A stretch of 64,000 bases of DNA, taken from assembly GCA_037308085.1 (NCBI GenBank), contig CP147779.1:64001-128000 (forward strand). The letters run 5' to 3'. The notes below the pieces were generated by a model. The model was not told the DNA's origin and ran no database searches. It worked only from the letters and a program-made list of their open reading frames with translations. Position numbers and translations under genes: made by a program. The DNA comes from Promethearchaeati archaeon SRVP18_Atabeyarchaeia-1 (GTDB lineage: Archaea; Asgardarchaeota; Atabeyarchaeia; Atabeyarchaeales; Atabeyarchaeaceae). How positions within the stretch are numbered: position 1 is the first letter of the stretch; each line of letters begins with the position of its first letter. Shown here in pieces: positions 56,235-64,000 of the stretch.

Positions 56235-57458
56235 ATGCCCGAACGAAATATCATGGTTGAGACCGTAAATCAAACTCCGGTCGAGAAACAGCGCGTTGAG
56301 TTGGCTGAGAGAAAAGGAGTTGGTCATCCAGATTCTATCTGCGATGGTTTTGCTGAGGAGTTAAGCAGAAAGCTGTGCTCCCTCTATAGAGAGAAAGTCG
56401 GCTACATTCTTCATCACAATGTTGACAAGCTACTTCTCACGGGTGGCGTTGCCCTACCCACGTTTGGTGGCGGAGAAGTGCTCAAACCGATAATAATAAC
56501 TACTTCAGGTAGAGCGACCCAAGAGCATGACCATGTGAAGTTCTCTATGGCCGACATAGCAAAAGATACTCTCTCTGAATTCGTTAAACGCAATTTCAGA
56601 TACCTGAAGTTTCCTCCCCATATACAACTTGATATTCTTACAAAGCCTGGGTCAATAGATTTGACGAGCCTGTTCATTCGATACCAAAAGACAAAGGAAG
56701 TGCCGGGCGCCAACGACACTAGCTTCGGTATCGGCTATGCTCCTCACAGCGAGTTGGAGAGAGCCGTATTAGCGATAGAGGCGCTAATCAACTCGAAGGA
56801 ACTCAAGAGCAGAAAACCGATGTTTGGTGAAGACGTCAAAGTAATGGGTCACAGGCTAGGCGACAAGCTCTTTTTCACAATAGCAACTCCGCAGATCAGC
56901 TCGCTTGTATCTGGTCCTAAGGAGTACCTTGAGAACAAGGCAAAACTGATTGAGGAGGTAACGAGACTCCTTAAAGCGAAGTGCAAGAGGCAATTTCAGG
57001 CCCAGAATAATACTGCTGACAACGAGAAGGATCCGAATTCTCTATACATCACGGTGACAGGAACATCGGCTGAAATGGGTGATGATGGCGAAGTTGGAAG
57101 AGGGAATCGCGTTAACGGTCTCATTACCCCCAACAGACCGATGAGCTTGGAGGCCGCAGCCGGAAAGAACCCTGTTACGCACGTCGGAAAGATATACAAT
57201 GTCCTGGCTTTCAAGATTGCGAACAGGATCTACCAAGAAGTCGGCGAGGACAGCATCGAGGAAGTTGTCGTAAAACTGCTAAGCGCCATAGGTCAGCCGA
57301 TCGATACTCCACAGATCGCCTCAGCCCAAATAGTACCGAAAGACGGACTCAGGTTGGACGAGATAAAGGGTGATGTCACGTCCATAATCAACGACCACCT
57401 GGAAAAGATAACTGAAATGACTGAAGATTTCATCAAAGGGAGACTCAGAGTCTTCTAA
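56235..57458 (+). CDS. mat: archaeal-type S-adenosylmethionine synthetase
   Basis: ERKGVGHPDSICD, HHNVDK, ANDTSFGIGYAP, GEDVKVMG, GRGNRVNG, AAGKNPVTHVGKIYN. Confidence 0.97.
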   Translation: MPERNIMVETVNQTPVEKQRVELAERKGVGHPDSICDGFAEELSRKLCSLYREKVGYILHHNVDKLLLTGGVALPTFGGGEVLKPIIITTSGRATQEHDHVKFSMADIAKDTLSEFVKRNFRYLKFPPHIQLDILTKPGSIDLTSLFIRYQKTKEVPGANDTSFGIGYAPHSELERAVLAIEALINSKELKSRKPMFGEDVKVMGHRLGDKLFFTIATPQISSLVSGPKEYLENKAKLIEEVTRLLKAKCKRQFQAQNNTADNEKDPNSLYITVTGTSAEMGDDGEVGRGNRVNGLITPNRPMSLEAAAGKNPVTHVGKIYNVLAFKIANRIYQEVGEDSIEEVVVKLLSAIGQPIDTPQIASAQIVPKDGLRLDEIKGDVTSIINDHLEKITEMTEDFIKGRLRVF

Positions 57459-57659
57459 ATCAGGGATCCTATTTTTCACCCTTCTGCGGAGAAAGCGCCG
57501 AGAACATCCGCGTTAGCGCGACGCAGGGCGGCACCTTTTTTCTCGTATTTGCATACAAAGGTATAAGTATTCAGTTTCGCTCCCCGTAGGAGCACATTCT
57601 ATTATGCTAGTTTGCTTGAGCTACAACGGGCAATAGTGTGCTTGGAAGGCGAATATCGC

Positions 57660-58079
57660 TTGGAGAATGAAGACCTAAAGAAAATCAAGCAAAAGAAACT
57701 TCAGGAACACATGAAGAAGGCCGCGGATGAAGATAGGAAGACTACGGCTGGGGTTAGTGGACCGAAGCATCTTACGGATAAGGACTTCTTTGGAACTATT
57801 AACGGAGCGAGCGTCGCATTGGTTGACTTTTATGCAGATTGGTGCGGACCGTGCAGGATGATGGCCCCCATTATAGATGCACTCACGAAGGAGTATAGTG
57901 GAAAAGTCCTGGTGGCGAAGGTCAACGTCGACGATAACCCGCAGGTCTCCGAGAAGTTTGGAATCACCTCGATACCGACATTCGGTATATTCAGAGGTGG
58001 AAAATTGATGAACACGATTATTGGCGCTGTCGGCAAAGAAGCACTAAAAAGTGCAATTGACAGAGTCATGAAATCTTAG
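57660..58079 (+). CDS. trxA: thioredoxin
   Basis: VDFYADWCGPC, SIPT. Confidence 0.95.
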   Translation: MENEDLKKIKQKKLQEHMKKAADEDRKTTAGVSGPKHLTDKDFFGTINGASVALVDFYADWCGPCRMMAPIIDALTKEYSGKVLVAKVNVDDNPQVSEKFGITSIPTFGIFRGGKLMNTIIGAVGKEALKSAIDRVMKS

Positions 58080-58192
58080 GATTTGTGCAAGCAATATCCT
58101 TCTGGAACACTGAGGACAGCTTTCTTCTTTTCCGAGACTTTCCATTTTTTTGGCAGAGCACCTTTAGGCCTCAGAACGCGAGAGCTGGCGAA

Positions 58193-58648
58193 TTACCCCT
58201 CGCAACCAGCTTCATTACCGCTTATCAGCTTCCTCCTAATTCTCTCCGCTATATCGTCGAGAACCCCTCTTTCAGCCGGCTTCCTAAAGGGAGTCCACCT
58301 AGTGTCTTCGTTGGCAGTGCTTGCGCGGGGGATGACGTGAATATGGAAATGAGGGATCTTCTGCCCAGCGGAATCCCCATTGTTCTGCAGGAGGTTGACC
58401 CCATTGACGTTGCCGATGGCTGATCTTGCAGCTACACATATTCGCTTGGATAGTTTGAAAGCTTCTGCAACGAGTTCTTCTGGCATCTCAAATATACTCG
58501 CATAGTGCGCTGTGGGAACGACCAAGACGTGACCATAGGAGATTGGGAATGCGTCCATAAATGCAACTATCTCAGGGCTATCGAAGACGAAGCTTGCCGG
58601 TAGCCTGTGTCCCGCAATGTCACAGAACCTGCAACTTGGAACATTCAT
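58193..58648 (-). CDS. HIT family nucleotide hydrolase
   Basis: CRFC, GHVLVVP, NNGDSAGQ, HFHIHVIPR. Confidence 0.95.
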   Translation of the reverse strand: MNVPSCRFCDIAGHRLPASFVFDSPEIVAFMDAFPISYGHVLVVPTAHYASIFEMPEELVAEAFKLSKRICVAARSAIGNVNGVNLLQNNGDSAGQKIPHFHIHVIPRASTANEDTRWTPFRKPAERGVLDDIAERIRRKLISGNEAGCEG

Positions 58649-58962
58649 TATCAGAACTCTCCTAACTAGCGAGGCAGGGTCAAGCTGCTTTCCTAATAGA
58701 TGTAGTTCGCGGAGTGCATTTATGCATTGTTCAGGCTTTGATCTACGTAGATATTCATAGGCATGCGGGTAGGTATGCGCCCGCTTGCCTATCGTATTGG
58801 TTGCCAACGGACTATTGATAGCCTTTCGACAGAGACTCCGCAATAGTACGCCCAACATGATTGAGACAGAGCTACTCCAGGGACTTCTCCGATAGCGTTA
58901 AATCAAAGAAGATGAACTTAACTTGAATTAGTATATCATTCAATGGAGGAAGATCAAGAAAG

Positions 58963-60669
58963 ATGAGCAAAAAGAGTCCTTATGCTAGTAGACCATGGCT
59001 AAAGAACTATCCTAGTGGCATCAAACCGAATCTCGATTACCCGAACATACCTCTTTACGGACTTCTGGAGATAGCCGCCAAAGACTTCCCTAACAATGAT
59101 GCGACGGTCATGATGGGTAGGATCATGAAGTACAGCGAACTGAAGACGGCCGTTGACAAGATGGCGACTGCCTTTGCGGATCTTGGAATCAAGAAGGGAG
59201 ATACTGTCGCCATATACCAGCCTAACGTTGTGCAGTTTATCATCGGCTATCACGGAGCGCTCAAAGCGGGCGCCAAGGTGACTTGCTGCAGCGCACTACT
59301 TACGCCACCTGAGCTTGAATTCCAGCTCAATGATAGTGGCGCACAGGCAATAATAGTGTTCGACGATCGACCGCGGAAGGGAGGGCAATTTGATACAATT
59401 GCAGCCATCAGAGAGAAGACAAAACTGAAGACGATCATACTCACTGCTCTGAGGGACTTCTTGCCTGGAAAGCAATGGGTTCCGCCGGAGACACCCGGAT
59501 ACTTGCAGCTACTGAACCTTCTTTCCAAATATGAGCCGAACCCTCCAAAGGTAAACATTAATCCGAAGGAGGATATTGCCGTCCTTCAGTACACAGGTGG
59601 AACAACAGGAATTCCGAAGGGCGCGATGCTTACCCACATGAACCTGGTGGCAAATGCCGTTCAGTGTGCCGCATGGAACGCTGCATCGACAAGAGGTAAG
59701 GAGGTTCTTCTTATCAACCTGCCATTGTTCCATATCTACGGTCAGACAGTCTGCATGAACCACGGCATATACATGGCCTGCAAGCTGGTGCTAAACCCCG
59801 ACCCAAGAGACTTCCCGTCCCTATTCTCATTGATCAAGCAGTACAAGCCCTCTTTGTTCCCCGGGATTCCAACGCTCTACATGAGAATGCTGACTTATCA
59901 AGACATGCCCAAGTACGCGGATTCAATGAAGGCTATAAGATTCATGCAAAGCGGGGCTGCCCCTATGCCGCCGGAGACTATCAAGAGATTTGAGGATCTC
60001 ACTGGAGGAAAGATAGGTGAAGGGTATGGTCTTACTGAGTGTAGCCCTGTGACACATTCAAACCCTCTAATTGGCTTGAGAAAGATTGGTTCGGTGGGAA
60101 TGCCTTTCCCGGACACCGACTCCAAGATCATGGACATGGAGACGGACAGCAAGGAAGTTGCACTTGGTGAGGTTGGCGAGTTGGCGATTAAGGGACCACA
60201 GACCATGAAGGGATACTGGAATAAGCCAAACGAGACAGCCAAGCAGCTCAAGAACGAACTTGCTGGCGAGAAGGGACCCTGGGTACTGACTGGAGACTTG
60301 GCAAAGATGGATGAGCAGGGATACTTCTACATTGTTGATAGGAAGAAGGATATGATCGATGTGAGTGGTTTCAAAGTCTACCCGCGTGAAGTTGATGATG
60401 TCCTGTTCGAGTATCCGTCTGTGGCGATGGCAGCGACGGTAGGTGTTCCCGATCCATCTGTTCCAGGAAACGAGAGAGTCAAGGCTTTCGTTGTCTTAAA
60501 GCCAGGCGTTGCGGAGACTGAAGAACTCAAGGAGCAGATAAGGGAATACTGCAAGAAGAAATTGGCACCTTACAAAGTGCCTAAGTTCATAGAGTTCCGA
60601 AAGGAACTGCCAATGACGCTGGTAGGCAAGGTGCTGAAAAGAAAAATACGTGAGGACGAAACAAAGTAA
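58963..60669 (+). CDS. fadD: long-chain fatty acid--CoA ligase
   Basis: YTGGTTGIPKG, GYGLTE, TGDL, DRKKD, GKVLKR. Confidence 0.93.
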   Translation: MSKKSPYASRPWLKNYPSGIKPNLDYPNIPLYGLLEIAAKDFPNNDATVMMGRIMKYSELKTAVDKMATAFADLGIKKGDTVAIYQPNVVQFIIGYHGALKAGAKVTCCSALLTPPELEFQLNDSGAQAIIVFDDRPRKGGQFDTIAAIREKTKLKTIILTALRDFLPGKQWVPPETPGYLQLLNLLSKYEPNPPKVNINPKEDIAVLQYTGGTTGIPKGAMLTHMNLVANAVQCAAWNAASTRGKEVLLINLPLFHIYGQTVCMNHGIYMACKLVLNPDPRDFPSLFSLIKQYKPSLFPGIPTLYMRMLTYQDMPKYADSMKAIRFMQSGAAPMPPETIKRFEDLTGGKIGEGYGLTECSPVTHSNPLIGLRKIGSVGMPFPDTDSKIMDMETDSKEVALGEVGELAIKGPQTMKGYWNKPNETAKQLKNELAGEKGPWVLTGDLAKMDEQGYFYIVDRKKDMIDVSGFKVYPREVDDVLFEYPSVAMAATVGVPDPSVPGNERVKAFVVLKPGVAETEELKEQIREYCKKKLAPYKVPKFIEFRKELPMTLVGKVLKRKIREDETK

Positions 60670-60750
60670 GAGTGAGAATGGAAACGCAAGACTTGCTCTG
60701 CGGTTCATAGATAAGATGCACAGAAGAACACGAACTTCTCCGCATCTTTC

Positions 60751-61371
60751 TCATTTTTGCTTAGTAATCAGCAACTCAAATGCCTGCAAGACATTCTTCC
60801 CGTCTTTAGCGCTTGTTTCCACGTACTGCATGGGTTTCCGCAGTTTCACTGATACCATGTCTGCAAAAGCGCCAATGTCAGAGGGGCTTATGCTTCTCTT
60901 TAAGTCAGCCTTGCATCCTACGAGAGCATAGGTTTCCGGCGGAGACTTGCTATTCAGTCGGGGAACGACAAGGCTGTCTACAATTTCATTCAATTCGTTT
61001 TGGGACTCTTTTCGGCTTAGATCCAAGGTTAGCATGCACTTCACTGGGACAGATTTCGTTGGAGGAAACATAGTCTTCTGAACCAGCCGATACTCAGGGC
61101 TTCCCGCGTACTCACAGGTTACAACTTGAACCGTCTTGCCACTCACAGATATGCTTTTGCTCTGATAATCCAGAAATCGCTTCATAGTTGTAGTTGCTTC
61201 CCAGACACCTCGAACGAACCTGTTAATGAGTGCTGTTTTGCCGCTGTCTTTTCCTCCAAGAACAGCAATAACAGTATATTCCCTCGCCTTGCCTTCTTTC
61301 AGCCCAGCCAGTACTTGGCCTATTTCCCTCAATGCGCCAAGGCCAATATCGCCCCCGCTCGATGCACCCAT
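60751..61371 (-). CDS. Ras/Rab-like small GTPase with divergent motifs
   Basis: GGKDSGKT, EYAG (G3), CKAD (G4), ETSAK (G5). Confidence 0.85.
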   Translation of the reverse strand: MGASSGGDIGLGALREIGQVLAGLKEGKAREYTVIAVLGGKDSGKTALINRFVRGVWEATTTMKRFLDYQSKSISVSGKTVQVVTCEYAGSPEYRLVQKTMFPPTKSVPVKCMLTLDLSRKESQNELNEIVDSLVVPRLNSKSPPETYALVGCKADLKRSISPSDIGAFADMVSVKLRKPMQYVETSAKDGKNVLQAFELLITKQK

Positions 61372-61617
61372 TTTCCGACCTCATCTCCGAGGAGCCATTG
61401 TGGCAGTTTCCACTAGTTAACAACAGTTGAGGCTTGTTATATGGTTTTAGCTTTGATCGGGTCTGCGGATTTTGGAAACAAACCCCCAGACATGCGCATA
61501 ATGTTCCCCTTGTGGGCCCTTAAGCCTATTAGATTATTCAATTAATCTATTCGAAATATTAATATGCCTGCTCGAGCAACATCTCGCCCTAGGATGCTTT
61601 TGCAGTCGGGTGAGAAC

Positions 61618-61965
61618 ATGACAGTATTTACCGTGGTGCTGATGGAGGCGCCCTATGGGAGAGAGAGAGCATATACCGCCCTCAGATTCGCGCTGACGGC
61701 GGCGCTTGAAGGTCACAAAGTGAGACTATTCCTGGTCCAAGATGGAGTCTTCGTGGCAAAGAAGGGGCAATCCCCGGACCAATTCCCAAACATGGCTGGC
61801 TTGCTTGAGGATGCCCTAAAAGAGGGGGTTGAGGTCAAGACCTGCACCCCATGCTGCAAAGCGAGGGCTGTGACAGCCACAGACGTCCTTAAGGGCGTCA
61901 GCATGGCGACAATGAGCGACTTGGTAAAGTGGTGCACTGAAAGCGACAAGGTCGTAACTTTCTAG
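61618..61965 (+). CDS. DsrE/DsrF-like family protein
   Basis: APYGRERAYTALRFA, LFLVQDGV, CTPCCKAR, SDKVVTF. Confidence 0.9.
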   Translation: MTVFTVVLMEAPYGRERAYTALRFALTAALEGHKVRLFLVQDGVFVAKKGQSPDQFPNMAGLLEDALKEGVEVKTCTPCCKARAVTATDVLKGVSMATMSDLVKWCTESDKVVTF

Positions 61966-61977
61966 CCGCCTCGCAGT

Positions 61978-63126
61978 CTAGAGGCACTCGTTGTTGCGCC
62001 GGCGCAATACAGTTGTAGCAACCATGACAACTATTGCAGATACAAGCATTAAGACCGGCGCGAGGAAAAACAGGTACGAGTAGTCATTCGTTGCTTGCAG
62101 AATCAAGGCAAACGAGATCGGTCCGACAAGCGTTCCGATGTCAAGCCCCATTGTGTAAACGCTAGCCAGAAGCCCTCTGTTTCTTGCCGGGCACTTCATG
62201 AGGGCCAGTGTCTGGGACCCGGGAACATAGGTTCCGATGCCGATTCCGTAGATCGGTGCCGCAATATAGAAGTAGGGCGGAAAGCGAGTCAAAAAGACTA
62301 TCATCAAGGCCAGCGACATTGTGAGTAAGCCTGCGTAAGCCATCATGGCTGGGCGCTTGTCAGCCGCTTTCCCAGCCACAACCCTCAGGGCGAGGCTGAA
62401 CACGGCTTGGATTGCCACCCATATTGTTATCTCATAGATCTGGTAGTGTGCATCGCTCAGATAGATCACGAGAAAAGTGTAGAGGCCCATCCAGGCCAGC
62501 GCATATATTATCAACGCAATGAAGGCGATTATGAAATTCCCTTCTTTGAGGCCAGCAATCGACGAACCTTCGCGACTTGGTTTGCGGTCAGCCCCTTTGA
62601 AGATGACGAGCGGGATCAGCGAGATGAGTAGGAAGGACGAAATCATGAAGGTCGCCCGGAAGCCTAGGACATACGCCAAGGGACCGCCGACTGATGGACC
62701 CACTAGGAAACCTATACCAATCATCAGACTCCGCCATCCAAGGGTCTCTCCCAGTTTCCCCTCCGGTGCCTGGTCGACTGCGCTTGCTATTGAAGATGGA
62801 ACGAATGCGGCGACCCCAGTGCCCTCTATCAGCCTGGCAATCGTTACGTGAAGCATGTCCCCTGCATAGAACAGGTTGAAATAAGCGAAAGAGGCAAGAA
62901 GTAATCCGAGTATCATCAGACCCGATCTCGACCATCTGTCACTGGCGATACCTGAGAGTGGCCTAAGCAGAATGGCAGTAATCGATATGCTGCCCACTGC
63001 AATGCCTATCAGCACTTCGTCGCCCGTAATCGTCTTGGCATACCATGGGATCAGGGGAACCACGAGCTGGACAAGTGTGAAGAAGAGCATGGTCGCAATG
63101 TTTACTCGCCATATCAGTGACACCAT
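61978..63126 (-). CDS. MFS transporter
   Basis: About 12 TM helices, GIASDRWSR motif A, ARLIEG. Confidence 0.9.
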   Translation of the reverse strand: MVSLIWRVNIATMLFFTLVQLVVPLIPWYAKTITGDEVLIGIAVGSISITAILLRPLSGIASDRWSRSGLMILGLLLASFAYFNLFYAGDMLHVTIARLIEGTGVAAFVPSSIASAVDQAPEGKLGETLGWRSLMIGIGFLVGPSVGGPLAYVLGFRATFMISSFLLISLIPLVIFKGADRKPSREGSSIAGLKEGNFIIAFIALIIYALAWMGLYTFLVIYLSDAHYQIYEITIWVAIQAVFSLALRVVAGKAADKRPAMMAYAGLLTMSLALMIVFLTRFPPYFYIAAPIYGIGIGTYVPGSQTLALMKCPARNRGLLASVYTMGLDIGTLVGPISFALILQATNDYSYLFFLAPVLMLVSAIVVMVATTVLRRRNNECL

Positions 63127-63688
63127 CCTGATCACCAGCAACTGGCCAAGGCTGAGCCGATATCCAACCTTCCATTTCCAAATCATGGCTACACTTTTCC
63201 GCGGTCGCTACTGGGCGCCGATTCCTTCGACCCGACATGAGAACCATTTGAACCCAATTATCTCTGTGACAGTCGTCTTTCTGCTAATGGTCTTTGGGAC
63301 GTATTTATATCTCTCCCTCTGAGAGCATCCGTTGATCCTGTTATTGGCTAAGCTGCTTTTTATCAATCCCAGCTGGCGCCTTGTTCTGTTGAGTGGCTTT
63401 TCGGTCCAGGCTGAACTTGCCTGTTCTCGATGCGTTTGTGGTCGTGGCGATCGTTGTCCCAGGAGAGACCATCGTCGTATTTCAAAGTCCTGCTACTTAC
63501 AGATTCACCGCGGTTCGCGCGCCGAGCATCTGGTTTACGGTTTCATATCTTCAGCCTTTCCGAGTCGGGCTGCAGACTTCGATTTCCTCACAAGTATTGT
63601 TGCCCCGGCGATGCGGAAGGTGCTCAGCGGATCATTGTTACCTTGATCTCTGCTTCACACCTGGCGGGGAAGCCGTTGAAGAAGTTGG

Positions 63689-64000
63689 CTAACCTTCCTT
63701 CAACTTCTCCTTCAAGAATTTCCTCCTCTGAGGTTTGCCCATTTTCTCAATTTCGGCTTTGTATTTCTTGTTTATCATTTCTACCCTGCAGTAGTCGTAT
63801 AGCGCATCATATACTGAGGAGGCTTTCTCAATTGCCTCAAAATCGTCTCTTGAAGCGGCAGATATTCCAGTCATCATCGCGTCTAGACCAGCGGCCTGAG
63901 GTGAAAGCTCTGGACTGCCTGTATCAGCGGCCCGGACTATCTCTGCCAATCCGAGCAGAGCGCTGTCCTTGATGCCGTATTTCTCTATTATCGCGTCGAA
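63689..64000 (-). CDS. chromate-resistance ChrB-domain protein (5' end outside the window)
   Basis: FDAIIEKY...LAEIVRAAD...AAGLDAM..G....DD.......VYDALY. Confidence 0.8.
   Translation of the reverse strand, partial: FDAIIEKYGIKDSALLGLAEIVRAADTGSPELSPQAAGLDAMMTGISAASRDDFEAIEKASSVYDALYDYCRVEMINKKYKAEIEKMGKPQRRKFLKEKLKEG

Noticed and set aside
63330-63690. Plus-strand ORFs 63332-63646, 63393-63692 and 63430-63972
   Set aside because: No recognisable motifs; they overlap one another or the chrB-like gene.
1-64000. CRISPR array, rRNA, tRNA, integrase or transposase
   Set aside because: No regularly spaced short repeats, no recognisable rRNA or tRNA, and no ORF with tyrosine/serine recombinase or DDE motifs was seen by eye.

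Overview
Archaeal DNA, most likely from an Asgard archaeon. This is inferred from eukaryotic-signature-like genes: two longin domains, a gelsolin-like protein, an EAP30/Vps22-36-like protein, a Rab-like GTPase, an adaptin-mu-like protein, a SNAP-like protein and a RING-like protein. It also carries rpS25e, Alba and an archaeal-type MAT. Core-looking segments: 1-21.3 kb (rpS25e, acyl-CoA synthetase alpha subunit, ArcE-like ATPase, Alba, two thiolase-like/DUF35 pairs, acyl-CoA dehydrogenase, glyA) and 39.5-64 kb (EF-2 paralog, a complete hypABCDEF set, ABC exporter, mat, trxA, HIT, acyl-CoA ligase, MFS). Two accessory zones lie at about 21.3-23.9 kb and 27.7-39.4 kb. The strongest candidate for an undescribed system is a gene encoding seven tandem HTH repeats plus a Vsr/DUF559-like PD-(D/E)XK nuclease (37549-39315). 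Decayed copies of its 3' end sit behind unrelated cargo genes (28380-28456, 35451-35565), and a decayed copy of its upstream sequence (34737-34807) precedes one of them. The same zone contains secreted-protein genes broken by short tandem duplications. Strong G+T versus A+C strand-skew domains occur here and flip inside the neighbouring EF-2 paralog and beside a free-standing LAGLIDADG-HTH gene. Other leads: four probable non-canonical start codons (ATA, ACG x2, CTG), a structured and possibly switch-like leader before SAM synthetase, and a beta-pore-forming-toxin-like secreted protein next to an Imm5-like gene. No CRISPR array, rRNA, tRNA, integrase or transposase was recognised. All family calls are by motif recognition by eye; no database search was run.
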